A DNA stretch of 63,472 bases, the filler included, from Phoronis australis (taxonomy: Eukaryota > Animalia > Phoronida), in assembly GCA_002633005.1 (NCBI GenBank). It is 9 parts of 9 records of this genome, joined end to end, with 100 filler letters (N's around TTAATTAATTAA, not from the genome) between each part and the next. Parts side by side here need not be neighbours in the genome. Positions count along the whole stretch, not along the records: positions 32,176 to 46,806 come from NMRA01000865.1; positions 46,907 to 53,831 come from NMRA01001078.1; 7 more parts are not named here. The stretch is one strand, 5' to 3'. This document shows, one piece after another, positions 39,901-53,812 of the stretch (the stretch's first letter is position 1; each line of letters starts with the position of its first letter). The translations under genes and the position numbers were made by a program. Below the pieces are notes generated by a model. That model did no database searches, was not told where the DNA came from, and saw nothing but the letters and a program-made list of their open reading frames with translations.

Positions 39901-42900
39901 CTCAACCTGGTACGGTGGTACTAGTTCCTGCACTTCACACTTCAGATAAGTCAAATTTCGCTTTGCTTGAAATTAAATCTTGCGGGCTGCTTGGAACCAA
40001 CCTATGTAAGTTCTACCAGAATAAAAATTACATGTACAGAGTCCAATCTTTTTAATGGAAATCAAACTAGAGATTGTTTTTTGACAGGTTCTGTTCTACT
40101 TTTGTGCAAACACATGGCCGTTAGTCTGCACTAGAGTACACAATAGCATTCGTGGATAACTTCCCAATCCCAGTTTGCACATAAACTGTCCAACAAAATC
40201 TTGTCAGGAATTTTTGCCTATGAGGCTATAAAAAGTACTTTGAATTCATGGCTTTTATGAAAAAATCAAAATAAGGGAAAGTCATCTAAGGAGTAAGCCT
40301 CAAATATCTCGAGAGTGGAAAGTCATATTGGGTTTCATAATGCTGATAGCACTTGAAACGATCTACCCACATACCAAATTTCAGACAGAACCGTCAAGGG
40401 ACGTCAAAAATACGAATAACTCGAGAATGGTATGTGCCAGGGAAACAACAAACGGCACACTTCTGATAGCCCGTGAAACGATCTATCTACAGAATAAACC
40501 CAGAAAAATGTCTTTAAAGACAGTAGTGCTAAGGCTCCATAAACGAAAATAGTGAAAAATGATTACCACAATGCAGTCTTGCTTTTAATTTTAATGAAAA
40601 TTAATAGGCCTTGAGCTATTCATGAGACACACATTAAGTGTAAATTGCCCATAGATCTTATAATGTTTATTATTGAAATACATACATATGGCCATAGGCC
40701 CAAAGTATAACATATAGATTGCCAGGTACGTTACAAATTGGATAGTAAATTGTGATGCTTGAGAGCATGGTGGACGAATTTTAGACACAGGGTATCCGGA
40801 GTTCTCTTGAAAGATTCAAATTTAGATGCGAGAGAATGACAAAAACGATCGCTTAATCCGAAGGTCTTGGTGCGCACTGCAAACTAACACAACATGGTAT
40901 TCGTCCTCTACACATCCCGAATTATTTAACTCACACAACCTGTGAACAAGGAAACAATGAAAGCGCTCTGAAGAGCAACACTTGATGAAATCGAATAAAA
41001 ATTTAAAGATGAGGTGGATGATGATAATAGATAGCCCTTGATGAGATCTAATTTACATACCAAATTTGAAAAGGTTCGGTTAAAGAATCGCGGCGCTGGA
41101 GCACTGCAAACACAATTTGAAAAATGGCCGTCGTAACGTCATCTTCTGTCCGATTTCACCCAAGAACAAAAATCCTCTGGCTATTGACTAAGTAAGCACT
41201 GTACATAAATTTCATGTAGACCAGATGAAAAATGCGATCTCTAGCACAACTATGATAGCCTAACAAAGTGCAGTTATAAAGAACTTACACAACTTGACGA
41301 GCAGTCATCTGAGCAGTAAATTTTGAATATCGCAAGAACAGTGAGTTGCAGCAAGAAACAGATTTCACAATTCTGATAGCGCTTGAAAAGATTTATCCAC
41401 ATACCAAATTTCAGACAGATCCATCAAGATACGGCACAAAAACTCAGTTATTTGGGGACCAATTGTTGGAAAATCTCGAGTAACTTGAGAACAGTAAGAC
41501 CTAGAGGAAAACAAATGAGAAACTCCTGATAGCTCTTTCGATGATCTATCCAAAGAAAAAATAGAAAAATCCAACCAAAAACAGCTGAGCCATGACTCCA
41601 CAACCAAAAAAAATTGGAAAATGGCCTCCACAGCGTCATCTTGTTTCCAATTTTAACCAAAAACAATATGCTTCGGACCATTCACAAAACACACGTTGTG
41701 CGTAAATTTCCCATCCATCCAAAAAGAACTGCGATCAAAGCGAACAAAGAAAGAAAGAAAGAAAGAAACAACTTTATGACAAAGCAATATACTTCGACAA
41801 ATTTTATTTCTGCTTGGAAAAACAAATTTTAGAACAAAACGAGACTTACAGAATTTCATTTTCACACTAGTGAACTGCTTTTACATCTGATCCTCCAATT
41901 CCTATACTGACCTTTGACCTGATGTCCTCCAATGACCTCATTCAGCACATCAGTGATGTTCTCAGCTTTGGCTGCATCAAGTTGTTTTTGGTACCGTTTG
42001 GCCAACTCTGCCGTCTCCATGTCCTGAAACAAAGAGTTAAACAGGAGTTTTAGCACAACCACGCATAGGAATTTTGTGTGATTTTTAAATATTTTCAAAG
42101 AGGAGTAAGGTTGATATGCGACTCTAAATTCGAGGCGTCAAGAACTGTGTTAAAGATGGTCAAACTATGGAAAATGTCCCTACCAAAGCTTCCGCTAGTC
42201 TTGCAGTATGCCTAGCTGCCAGTTCATCTCGCATCTTTCTCTTGGCATCTGCTGCCACTCGATTTCGCTTCTTCTGAATTTCCTGCTTCTTTTTGTGAAG
42301 AGCAGCTTTTCTTACGGCTGCTTCAATACCTGACGGGAATAGAGTGCAAAAGAAATTACATAATTAAAACCAGGCAGAAAATACTAAAAAATTGGACAAA
42401 TGGCCAGTGAGATCCACTTGAACTCTTCTCACCGTACTTGTTTTAAGTACTAGATTATACAGACATAAAGTATCACTTCCTGATTATTGAAACTTCTTTA
42501 CTTGTCTCAATTATGAAAATGAAAAAATATTCTCAAGCAGAAATTTAAATGCACTTTGAGTCAGAGTGCAACACCATGTTTGGAGAACTAGGCCAAACAA
42601 GCATGGTATCTTTTTTTTTTGAAAATTGATGCCACAGAGAGGTAATTTTAGAAATTAAACTTTGTCAAAAAATTGCCCCGAGCGCCTCAATAGGACAGTA
42701 AACACAATAGAACCGTCTCACAGCGACAGAGCTCCCATTTGTTCCGAAGGAAAGAAAATGTGTAGTTTTCATTGACCTCATTTTGGAATGTCAGGCAAAG
42801 TTTCACAGATCATGTTGGAAACCACCGAGGTGCATGGGAATGGAAATATTCCGGACTTCAACTTGAATTGACAGGGTATATTCAAGAAACAGGATTCTGT

Positions 42901-45900
42901 TCGATCCAAAATTAACTTGGCAAACTTGCTTTATCCATTCCCTTCACATTTTCTTTTCTTTTTATTCATTTCAGGAGGCAAATAATTTAACGTCAGGCAT
43001 CAGCAGGTGTTCATCATAAACTTTCTCCCACCAGAATTGCAGCCAATAGCACAGCAGTAATAGTTTATTGGCATTGGATGGACAAATTACTACATAATGC
43101 ACGCGAGAGAACTTGTAAAAAATATATAAGAACATGTGGAACAACAATGGCGCGAAATCAAGGCTAGAAAAGTGGTCCACAGATATTGCAGCATTGCAAG
43201 TAAATAAGGATTCGAATGTCGCTGTGTAATCTGTGACAGCCCTATTGCCACTGCTTGTAAAGGGGGATGCAGACAAGAACCAACTGTGCTATTTCTTGGT
43301 CATATCTTACCTGTCGACTCATCTCGTGATGACCAGACATTAGCTTTCTTAAGGCCACCAGTTTTATCCCTCTTTTTTAAATTTTCAATATTCGAAGTTT
43401 TCTGATTTCCATTGCTTCCAGATTTCATCGTTTGACAGATCAAATGCTGAGAGGACTTTGTTTTCTTAGTCCCCACGTGAGATTTCGCCTCATTCAACCT
43501 TTTCCCATTATCACGCGACATCACTTTTCTGCAATCAATTTTGTCAGACGGCTTGGCACACGCTCTTGGTGTGATTTTGCCTTTCACTCGGGCCGTCAAA
43601 ATCTGCATATTAAGATCCTCCCCGCGTAGTTCTGAGATTGCAAACAGGAGCTTGCTTATTGAACCAACGGCAGTCACTCCCATACTCTTAAGCTGTTCTT
43701 CAGACAAAAGCTTGACAGTGTCTAAATCCAGCTCGTGGTCAGCAAACATCTTGATGTACTTCTCAACATTACCTAGGTGTAATGTTCGTAGCCACGCCGC
43801 AACCTCTGGGTCGCCATGGCTACAACCTTTGCCTTCTGACCTCTGCCACAAAGGAGGCACATCTATACTCCCCGGTGCTATATTCTCCTCTGCCTGTCCT
43901 GCCTGCTCAACAACACACATCTTTTCCCTGGAAACGCCAACAGCAGGAATGTCCTCCCCAAATTCCATACCACCAGAAACAAAACTATCCTGTCCCATAA
44001 TGGCAAGTGAATCTCCAGTATGACCACGCCCTTGTAGGCCAACTGTACCACCTGCATTCGGCTGTTTATCCAAGCCAATCTCTTTGGCCAACTTTTCAAA
44101 GATTCTTTTCTTCTTAGAAGCAACACGCTCAGTTTCAGAAGTCAGTGTTGATCCCTTGTTCCACGAATGATGGCAACTGCCTTCATTCGTTTTGTCATAT
44201 TTTGCGGAAACCTTCCACTTTTTAGTACCACTGAAGTGTTGTAATGTTGGATCTGAAAATTAAGAACAAAAAGTTAACTTTAATAATATACAACTCAGTT
44301 AAGACATCATCGCGATCACATTCTAGACAGTTCAGAAAGTGCTTCATGATAATCTATATGCAAACAAGAAAACGTTGTTCTAACAAAGTTTATTTAATGG
44401 TCAATCTAAAACTTTTCGATAAGTGACAAGGTATTGCCAATGCTCATGCTAGTACATATTTTTTTCAAAAAACACAAATAACCAAGTTAACTAATCAATA
44501 TACACATAAGCATGTATCTTTTACTTTCATTTTTAAGTACAGAATTTAATAAAAACAACAAATACACATCAGTCATCCCTTTTTCTGATTTTATTTTGTG
44601 AGCGAGGTACACAAAAACTGTCAGGACGGCAAGACTTTGCTTAAAAAAGTATACAGTCCTGTGTATATCATAATCTTCATCTGATAATATTCAAATATTG
44701 ATCAATAGAATGATTTGTTATTTTTCCTCAGACATACACAGATATCAGAAAATCTGGAAGCCAGTGTTCTAACAAGAAACACAATTCAAACGCAACAACC
44801 TGAATTACAAATTTTTATTACAACTTCATAAACTAAACTAGCCTGGTATTCCACAAGATTGCTAGCACGGCGAAATCTAGCCAATTTCTGACAAAAGTAA
44901 CACTCAAAAGTAGGCCTACCCTTTCTTCATATTTCAAGGTCTTCTAGCATTGTTGCAAATGCACAAAATTTTTCAAAGTATTTTCTGATGATGGTAATGG
45001 TACAGAACTTATTTCATGCTTCATACTTTTGACGAAAAAATGAGAAAATTTCCCTTGTCTGCCATATCGTGTCCTGAATTGGTGAGATTTTACCGTAGTC
45101 ATATTATACCGCACTTGTTTATTATGCCTGATCACAAATCAGAAGAACCTTCGTTTTCGAAAAAATGCAAATTAATTCATGATCAAGAACTCACCATGGG
45201 TGCTGCCTCCTGGCAACAGCTGTTTGACTGAGTTGTACCCCAACAGCATACTAGTCGCCCCATGTTCCCAGTGTGAACCGCCAATTTCCTGCCTGAAACA
45301 AACAATCTAAGATCTCATTTCAAGCAACTTCAAAGTTACAATCAAATACTAAACAAGGTAAATAGCCAACAGAAGAAAACAAAGGACCATTTGATGGGGG
45401 GGGGGGGTGCGGGGATCCTGGCAGGAACGAAAGGAGATTAAAGCAACAAAAGCAAGAAATGTGTGAATAGATCAAAAAAGGTAGAGTTAACAGATTAGTC
45501 ATACCAAAATGACTAACAAACATTTCAATAATGAAGGTTTGAGGCTAGCTAACAGTCTTAGAAAATTATAAATGACATTCCATGGTTTACAATTCCCACT
45601 CTCACAGTTATGACAGACCTTATTTCTAATATTAAGCCTGATTATCTAGCCAAGTGGCTACAAAACTACACATTTTATTTTCTGAAACTAGAAAGTCTGT
45701 AGAATGTGATCTTTGACTTCATACCAATCACTTAATTTGGTCATGTGACCATGTCTTTTAGTAAAACTGATGAGAAAAGAAAGGCACATTATCAGTATCA
45801 ATAACATGATCAATTTTACATATATATGCTACAGTTTTCCAAAACATTTCGTTTTATGCAACTTAAGACATTTTCATAAAAATCCTAAAGTCCCTGCAAG

Positions 45901-46720
45901 CAAAACTGGAAACAGTGCATAAAACCTAGCATGTGAAAGTCTAATATAACCATTTACGAGACATGATGTTCAAAAGTTAACCAAATTGGACGTTTTTCGA
46001 GTGTCCCACATAACTGTACGGAACATTTTCCAAGCTAAATCGTACATAACGATAATTCTTCATAACCCTTCTCAAATTTTTGCCTCACAAAATATCTCAT
46101 GTATCTCATATTATTTACATCAACCATAACTGCGATCAGTTTCAATATAATAATCAACCTTCCCCTTTCATTTACCGCACAGCTATTTTTATCAACAGTT
46201 TGAGTTTCTCACCAATGCAATTCTTTTAACACAAACATTACATTCTTTCAATTCTTTTCTCATGAACCTTTGTTTAGTTGTAGCTAGACAAAGAATGCCA
46301 AGACAGATTTTCTTCATATAGAGAAAGCACGCACCACACAACCTAAATTGAAGCAAGAGCAACTGACGTGTCCTCCTTTCAGGGTGAAAAGAACAGCAGT
46401 TCAGGAGTAGCGAACCATGTCCACAAGAACAGATTTGAGGAACATGAGAAAACAAATCTACCTTTTGAGAACAGAATTGTGTTCATGATAATACAGGTGA
46501 AATGCTTCAGGTGCCTTTAAGGCTAATTTCGTGCATTGTAAGAACACCTGTGCAGACCATGAAGGAGCAATACTGTGTCCTTGATGGTCTTGATGGTTAC
46601 CTGAGTAGACCTCGCACACCTGTCTGGTCAGTGGTGACCTCACTGCGTAGCTGCAAAGCCTCTTCCAGCTTCTCTACATCTCTCTGAAGCTTTATGTTCT
46701 CTTCTGTGAACTGTTTTAAC
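33955..46720 (-). CDS. SAM-domain, coiled-coil, TKL-type (MAP3K/RAF/MLK-like) protein kinase (partial at both ends)
   Basis: Eleven phase-compatible GT-AG exons: 46601-46720, 45195-45292, 43311-44252 (SAM: EVAAWLRTLHLGNVEKYIKMFADHELDLDTVKLLSEEQLKSMGV), 42184-42329, 41912-42023, 39723-39857, 39020-39126, 37742-38067, 36633-36718 (PWEVSEEDI), 34814-34935 (LGQGAFSCIFRG..VAVKKL..FAAE) and 33955-34091 (LQHPRVVQLLGVC..LVFEYMAQGSLFSLLH). Confidence 0.9.
34131..34298. repeat. Intronic minisatellite, 27-bp unit x~6
   Basis: AAACAGTACCTAGTGATCTGGTCATGT tandem copies. Confidence 0.95.
36146..36201. repeat. 17-bp perfect inverted repeat (short MITE/hairpin)
   Basis: ATTTTGAGAACCAGTTT (36146-36162) and AAACTGGTTCTCAAAAT (36185-36201). 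Confidence 0.8.
36901..37050. repeat. Intronic minisatellite, 39-bp-scale unit x~4
   Basis: ACCAATTGAAAGCAAAGGGTTTGCCCCAAAGCATGT tandem copies. Confidence 0.9.
38530..38668 (-). mobile_element. tRNA-derived SINE (Pol III A/B boxes)
   Basis: Minus strand CAGTGTGGCCTGGTTGGTAAG (A box) ... GGGTTCAAGTCCC (B box), followed by a non-tRNA body and an AT-rich tail. No complete acceptor stem. Confidence 0.7.
40062..41825. mobile_element. HINE/DINE-1-like element with internal degenerate repeats
   Basis: Starts AAACTAGA, carries repeated ATACCAAATTTCAGACAG / CTGATAGC units, and ends in a (GAAA)n microsatellite plus CAATATACTT..AACAA. Confidence 0.55.
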
Positions 46721-46906
46721 CTGCAAACAAGCATTGAAAGATTAAAATGACTGAGATGACTGTAGTAATTGTCGAGACAAATCAATTCCCAACCAGGAAT
46801 CAGATANNNNNNNNNNNNNNNNNNNNNNNNNNNNNNNNNNNNNNNNNNNNTTAATTAATTAANNNNNNNNNNNNNNNNNNNNNNNNNNNNNNNNNNNNNN
46901 NNNNNN

Positions 46907-49902
46907 ACGACCTACCCAACGAGCGAGCTTTAGGTATCCAGTGGAAGATTTCGTCTGATCTGGTTGGGTTTGCTATATCCGTGAAAGCGAAATATCTTAC
47001 TAGAAGATGTCTCTTGTCGACGATTGCATCAGTGTATGACCCTCTCGGAATTTTTAGCGCCGTTTGTACTTCCGGCCAAGATGATCCTGCAAGACTTGTG
47101 CAAACAGAATGAGTTGCAGTGGGACGACGACACCCCAGAACCTCACAAGTCTCGGTGTTTGAAGTGGCTGTGCGAATTACCCCGGATGGAAGAAGTTTGC
47201 TGTCCCCGTAATTACTTCCCAGAAGATTTTGGTACCATAGTTTCACGTCAGTTACATGTATTTTCTGACGCGAGCGCCAGTGGTTATGGATGTTGTGCGT
47301 ATTTAAGATTTGTTAATGCCAGTAACCATTGCTGTCTCGTTTTAGGGAAAAGCAGAGTGGCTTCTTTAAGACGAATGACCATCCCTAAGCTGGAGTTGAC
47401 CGCATCTGCTGTGTCACTTCAAATTGGACGAATGGTATGCAAGGAGTTGGACCTGCCGCCCAGCAGTGTTACGTACCATACCGACTCTATGGCTGTACTA
47501 TATTACCTGCATAGCACCAGTGGGCGATTTCCAGTATTTGTTACTAACCGCATACAGCAAATACACGACTTCACCGACCCGTCCCAGTGGAAGTACGTTA
47601 ACAGTGAGAGTAATCCTGCGGATTGTGCATCTCGTGGACTGGACGCTCAGAAGTTTCTCACTTTCCACAAATGGTTCATGGGGCCTTCTTTTCTTTGAAC
47701 ACCGGAATGTTCGTTTGTGCAACCAGTCGAGTTTCCTGCTCCTAATGATCCCTGCAGCGGGGCTGCTGTTCAGTCGAGCACAGTGACTGTGACGGAGTTT
47801 TCTGATGGTTTTGCAAAACTGGTATCCCACTACTCGAGTTGGACGGCTCTGAAGAAGGCTGTGGTTGTGTTCCAAAGATTGAAATCGTTGTTGTACCGTC
47901 GCATTCTTCAACAAGGTGTCCATGACAACGGCGAGGTTCAGGTATCGTCACCCTTTAGTGTTGAAGAAATGGGTCACGCAGAGGTTTCTATTTTGAAGTT
48001 TACCCAGCGTCAGCATTTTTACGACGATTTGGTAAGACTTTCTGATGCTAGACGCAACAAGAAATTAACGCCACTCATTCGCCTTGATCCGTTTATTCAG
48101 GATGGCTTGATTCGTGCAGGCGGACGATTGAGAAAATGTCAACTCAACGAGGATATGAAACATCCCGTAATTCTGCCACGTGACCACTTTATTGAATAGA
48201 CACGTTCATGAGCGTTTAAGACACGCTGGCCTAAACCACGTTCTTTCTTCGCTGAGGGAGAAATATTGGGTTGTGTCCGCAAACGCTGCTGTTTGCAGCG
48301 TTTTAAACAGATGTGTAGTGTGCCGACGTCTTCGTGGTCAGTATTGTGAACAGAAGATGGCCGACCTGCCAGAGGAGCGTACTGCAGAACAGCCACCGTT
48401 TACCTACACTGGCACCGACATAGTTGGACCGTTCCATGTGACAGAGGCTCGAACTGTTCACAAGCGTTATGGAGTAATGTTTACCTGTCTTTCTTGCCGG
48501 GCCATTCATTTGGAGATGGTGAACAACCTCGAGGCCGACAGTTTCATCAACGCCTTGCGTAGATTTTTGGCTCATCGTCGTCCTGTGAGAACCATATTTT
48601 CTGACAGCGGAACAAATTTCGTGGGAGCAGAGAGGGAGTTACGAGCTGTTGTGAGTGAAATGGACCAAGATAGTATTCAACGCTACTTACTTTCTGAGAG
48701 CACAGATTGGTCGTTTAATCCACCGGCTGCAAAATAATTTTGGCGGTGTGTGGGAGCGTCAGATCAGGACTGTACGCAAGGTTTTATCGTCAACACTCAC
48801 AGAATGTCACCGTTTGAGCGACGAAGTGTGCCGGACCCTACTTTGTGAAGCAGAAGCTATCGTCAACTCACGCCCTTTGACAACGCTGTCTGATGACCCT
48901 GGAGATCTCCAACCGCTCACCCCGAACCATATTTTGACAATGAAGAGCAAGATTGTTGTCCCCCTTCCAGGAAACTTTCAGAGGCCGGACGATTAAATGA
49001 GAAAGAGGTGGCGTCGGGTGCAATAATTGGCAAACTTGTTTTGGACCAGGTGGAGGAAGGAATTTCTAGTCACGCTTCAAACGCGCAACAAGTGGCTAGA
49101 ACCCAAACGGAATATTGAAGTTAATGATGTTGTTATCATCAAGGACAAGAGTACGTGGAGAAATAGCTGGCCCATGGGACAAGTTGTGGACGTATTCAAA
49201 GATGCCAACGGTCTTGTTCGAAGCTGCTATTTGAAAACTGGTGCGTCAACCCTCCATCGCCCGGTAAATAAATTGGTTCTGCTCGTTCCTAATGGCACTT
49301 AGTGAATATTTACAATAATGTCAATCATTTGATTATTGTGTTGATTTGTCATGACTATCTGCAGTGATGTTTTTTAAAGTGAATCTCGATTTACCTCGTT
49401 TCCGGGGGAAGTGTTACTGCAGACTGCAATGTTATGTTACGTTATGTTATTCCGATTAGGCGTACGAATACACTTGTTTCTCGTCATGTAAGAAGACTTG
49501 CTACTGTGTAGTTCTTGCGCCAGATGTCGCTCTCTCTGACTATTTATTCTGGTACCGCCCTATTTGAACGCCATTCCACAAACGTTTTATGGTGGATAAA
49601 CGTCAATGTACATAATTATTCTCTTAGGAATTTGGTTGGACTTGGGGCGATATTGGGGTAAGTACTCGTGTTTCTTACAATCCAGTTTATTTGCATTCAT
49701 TAGTATGTTAGTTTTTCATGTTCTCTCAGGTGTACTTAATGTTTTGAACGCTTGTTATAAATGTATACCTTTTGCCAGTTCTAATTTTCTTGGGTGTAGT
49801 CCTCCGATTGTTACTGTATATACATGGTAGAGCACTATGCAGCATGTAAACTTGAACATAGTTTTTTTGGTTATTTCAGTTTACCTACTACTACTACTAC
49901 TT

Positions 49903-49945
<43 letters not shown>

Positions 49946-50090
49946 CGCAACATATTATGTCAATAAAGAGTAAAGCCACCCGAACCTGTTTGTTTTGCTC
50001 CAACAACGGGTCTCTCGTGCTTTAGCTCTGGTATTTTGTGCAATGGGTCGAACTGTGAGCCTGTGTACGCCTGATGCGCCGCAAGTGACA
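46907..50090 (+). mobile_element. BEL/Pao LTR retrotransposon, 3' half (RT end, Pao RNase H, integrase, DUF5641-type tail, PPT, 3' LTR); pseudogenised
   Basis: YDPLG, LHVFSDASASGYG, TIPKLEL, TDS, NPADCASRG, W-MGPSFL, H..HAG..CVVC zinc finger, D/D/E (TDIVGP, SDSGTNFVGA, GGVWER), VNSRPL, LTPNH, FWTRWRKE, HRPVNKL. Several stops and frameshifts. Confidence 0.96.
49412..50090 (+). repeat. 3' LTR of the BEL/Pao element (~680 bp)
   Basis: Follows the polypurine tract GGGGGAAG. Starts TGTTAC and ends GTGACA (imperfect inverted ends). Contains (CTA)n and AATAAA. Further copies lie at 50680-50842 and 53301-53831. Confidence 0.8.
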
Positions 50091-50679
50091 TCAGGCCACC
50101 TGCACAATTACGGCAATCTATGCTTCATCGCAGTTGTCCAAGATGCGTTTGTGGTTGTTTTCAAATGCTAATCTATTGCATGAATGACTGCGTCAAGACT
50201 CCGCACCGGAGCTGAACAAATACGGTCTATGCGCAATTTTATGGTATTCGTCTGTAATTATGACTGGGCCCCGGAGTTTTTTAGTCCAGTATCGAACTTG
50301 TGTTTTAAAAACGAGTAGACTGTCGCCTACTTAAGTATCAGTCCACGGATCCACCGACCACAGTACAGCCAACAAGCGGCAAGGTGGGGGGTCAACCATT
50401 CAGATCCATGTTTAGTCTGATAAATCACATTAGGGATGAGAGAAAATGAGTGAAGTATGACACTACAAAGTTTGGTGGTTTAGGAGATACAAGGGAAGTG
50501 TTCTGGGGGGCAAAATGAGGCAATTTCTTGGTGTGGAATGAGTCATTTTGTTACCAAATTTTCTATTCCAGTTTCTGCTCCGAACAGAATCGTTTCTGAA
50601 CAATTTTGATATCACATGATACAATGTAGGTTCATGACCAATGTCAGTAAAAACGGCACCGACACTGCAATATCGGTTN

Positions 50680-51086
50680 ACCACCACCACTACTACGGCA
50701 ACATATTATATCAATAAAGAGTAAAGCCCCCCGAACCTGTTTGTTTTGCTCCAACAACGGGTCTCTCGTGCTTTAGCTCTGGTATTTTGTGCAATGGGTC
50801 CAACGGTGAGGCCTGTGTACGCCTGATGCGCCGCAAGTGACATCAGGCCACCTGCACAATTACGGCAATCTATGCTTCATCGCAGTTGTCCAAGATGCGT
50901 TTGTGGTTCTTTTCAAATGCTAATCTATTGCATGAATGACTGCGTCAAGACTGCGCACCGGAGTTGAACAAATACGGTCTACGCGTAATTTTATGGTATT
51001 CTTCTGTAATTATGACTGGGCCCCGGAGTTTTTTAGTCCTGTATCGAACTTGTGTTTTAAAAACGAATAAACTGTCGCCTACTTAA
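50680..51086 (+). repeat. Duplicate of the LTR 3' end plus flanking DNA (copy of ~49935-50334)
   Basis: Near-identical, including ~245 bp beyond the LTR end. Begins right after a single N at 50679, so probably a redundant haplotype. Confidence 0.85.
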
Positions 51087-51983
51087 AAAGTGATGCGCTC
51101 AAACAGGCAGCTATCTTGAAATTGTACTAAAAAGACAATATCTCGTCAAACCAGCGATGGACCGTATTTTGACTCACATGCACTCTGAACGTGGTTCCGG
51201 TTCTTTTACTTGTACGGTTTGTAGAGGTTATAAACACGCGTAACACGTCTTTGCAACATATCACCAAGCACTGACTTTTGTGGTTGTAGATCATGATGGT
51301 GAGCTATATGCAGATGATTGGGCTTCATCACTATTTCAATGGGGCCAACGAATGCAACGTACACCGTTCACCTGTTTGCATTCAACAATTAGCGTGGAAA
51401 ATGAATATCCTTCAATCTCTATCCCATCACAAGCAAATCACGTGATCATGCCATTTTCCCGCGAATTCTGCGCAGGAACGCTGCCCTATGGGGACGCGTT
51501 AGAATCTACACATTAGCAAAGAAACGACGATAGTGCCACGAGTTTCTGGTTAACTTACTCGGTGTGGTTATCGATGTCCTATGTACACGTAGATCTTCTT
51601 CAGCTGTAAGTAAAGGAATGAATGGATGTAGATGGGAGAGTTAGTTTTAGCAGTAAACCCGAGGAAGCGAGCGAAGCAATGTAAAGGATGAAAGAGTGCT
51701 GAACTGTCATGTCTCCTTCAAAGTTACATGTGACAGCTGGCAGGATCCAAAACCATCAAGACGTTTCACGTCAAACTGTGTTCAGATAGTTTTTTTACCC
51801 AAAAACAAGACGATGACCGTGAAGACAAAAACGAACTCGTATCAAATGAACACTGACGGAGAAGTGCCCTTTGCCGAGCAATAATACCCCTCCACCTGAC
51901 ACGTGACCAATGGTTCGATTCATGAACCTATTTGGTCGTAGAGTTGACTGAAATCGGGCCAACTCAAAACTAATCCACCGATG

Positions 51984-52200
51984 CACCCTTATGAAAATAG
52001 GATTTCCTGTTGGATTCCTATAGGAAATGCAAGAGCTTCCAATAGAATCCAATAGGATCCACTTGGATTTTGACCCACCAGCCTATAGGGTTCCAATAGG
52101 ATCCTATAGGATTCCTAATCGAGCCTATGCGATCCTGTAGGAATCCAACTGGATTTTTGCCCAATATCCTATAGGAATTCGATAGGATCCTATAGTGAAT
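51984..52200. repeat. Cluster of CCTATAGG/GGATCC short palindromic repeats, probably the subterminal region of a DNA transposon
   Basis: Multiple ATTCCTATAGGA, CCAATAGGATCC and TGGATTTTTG units. Confidence 0.55.
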
Positions 52201-53300
52201 TTTAATCGAAGCCTTAATGAATCACTCAGAAATTCATAATTCTCTCATTGTCAAACCTTAACTTCAGACAATTTCCAAAGCAATCCCGTCATTATTGTCA
52301 ACATGAAAAACAGATTTGGTCTTTTGGGCTTTTTAAATACAACAAATCGATTGCACAAAATACAAAAAGAAGTAAGTTTCGCGCGCAAACGCTGAGGACC
52401 ATAAACAAGTAGGTCTCTTAGTATCGAAATTGGAGTTAAAGTGTGGGGGTGTAAGCATGCGCGTTCGGTTCGCTAGGTTGTGAGTTCGAGTCTCTGGTGG
52501 CTTGCATTTTTCCTGTTTGACACGTTCTCTGTGTTTTTATTTTTTTTGCCTTTTTTCTTGGATAATACTTCAGGAATCAAGGAAAATGCTTGATTTTTAG
52601 AGGTAAAAACAGAAACATTTCCTGGGCGGGAGGGGGGCAAAACCTCCTCCCGACCTCCCCCCATTCGGTGCTATGCGCATCTACAATCGTGGTTCAGTTT
52701 GCGCAAATGCTTCCAGCCAGACAAAATGTTGGGCCCCCCTTGTGATATCCTAGATCCGCCACTGTGAATATGTCCCATTCCAAACTGGGCGTATTTGTCA
52801 CTTCAGAATGAGAGGCAATTAACAAATCAATATAACAAGAACTATTGCATCATCAAATTGTAAGAGTTTGTGTACACTGTACAAAGTACAAACTGTCGTC
52901 AATTCGATGCGACAACTTATGGTTCGTAGAATTACACGCAACGTTCAAGTTGCCACCATTTGTGCTGATATACGAACTACATGCTGTCGCAATAAAATGT
53001 TACAATTTGCGTTTTGACAAAGTTCCCGAAAACGATTTAGCGAATGTTTTAAAATAGTTCTATTTTGCACGAATGACTTTTTCAGACTCACGCATGACAC
53101 AAAAGTAAACGACGATTTAGAAAACAGTTATGGAGTTTAGCCATTAAAAACAGTGTTAATTTTATGCACAAACGTATGTAATATGCAATCTAGTAACGAG
53201 AGATTTGCATGAAATTGCCATACTACTATATCCAGACTGTCCGTTTCCTTAAAGGAAACGGGCAGACTTGAAAACTTCCTTCACGAAGAACCATAACGGG

Positions 53301-53761
53301 GTTACTGCAGACTGCAATGTTATGTTACGTTATGTTATTCCGATTAGGCGTACGAATACACTTGTTTCCCGCCATGTAAGAAGACTTGCTACTGTGTAGT
53401 TCTTGCGCCAGATGTCGCTCTCTCTGACTATTTATTCTGGTACCGCCCTATTTTAACGCCATTCCACAAACGTTTTATGGTGGATAAACGTCAATGTACA
53501 TAATTATTTTCTTAGGAATTTGGTTGGACTTGGGGCGATATTGGCGTAAGTACTCATGTTTCTTACAATCCAGTTTATTTGCATTCATTAGTATGTTAGT
53601 TTTTCATGTTCTCTCAGGTGTACTTAATGTTTTGAACGCTTGTTATTAATGTATACCTTTTGCCAGTGATCATTTTGTTGGGCGTAGTCCTCCTAATTGT
53701 TACAGTATATACTATGCAACATGTAAACTTGAACATAGTTTTTTTGGTTATTTCAGTTTAC

Positions 53762-53812
<51 letters not shown>

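Noticed and set aside
43541-44023. 160-aa plus-strand ORF and other overlapping ORFs
   Set aside because: Antisense shadows of the SAM-containing kinase exon.
49837-50025. Poly-Leu 'membrane' ORFs (also 53660-53887)
   Set aside because: Translation of the (CTA)n microsatellite inside the LTR.
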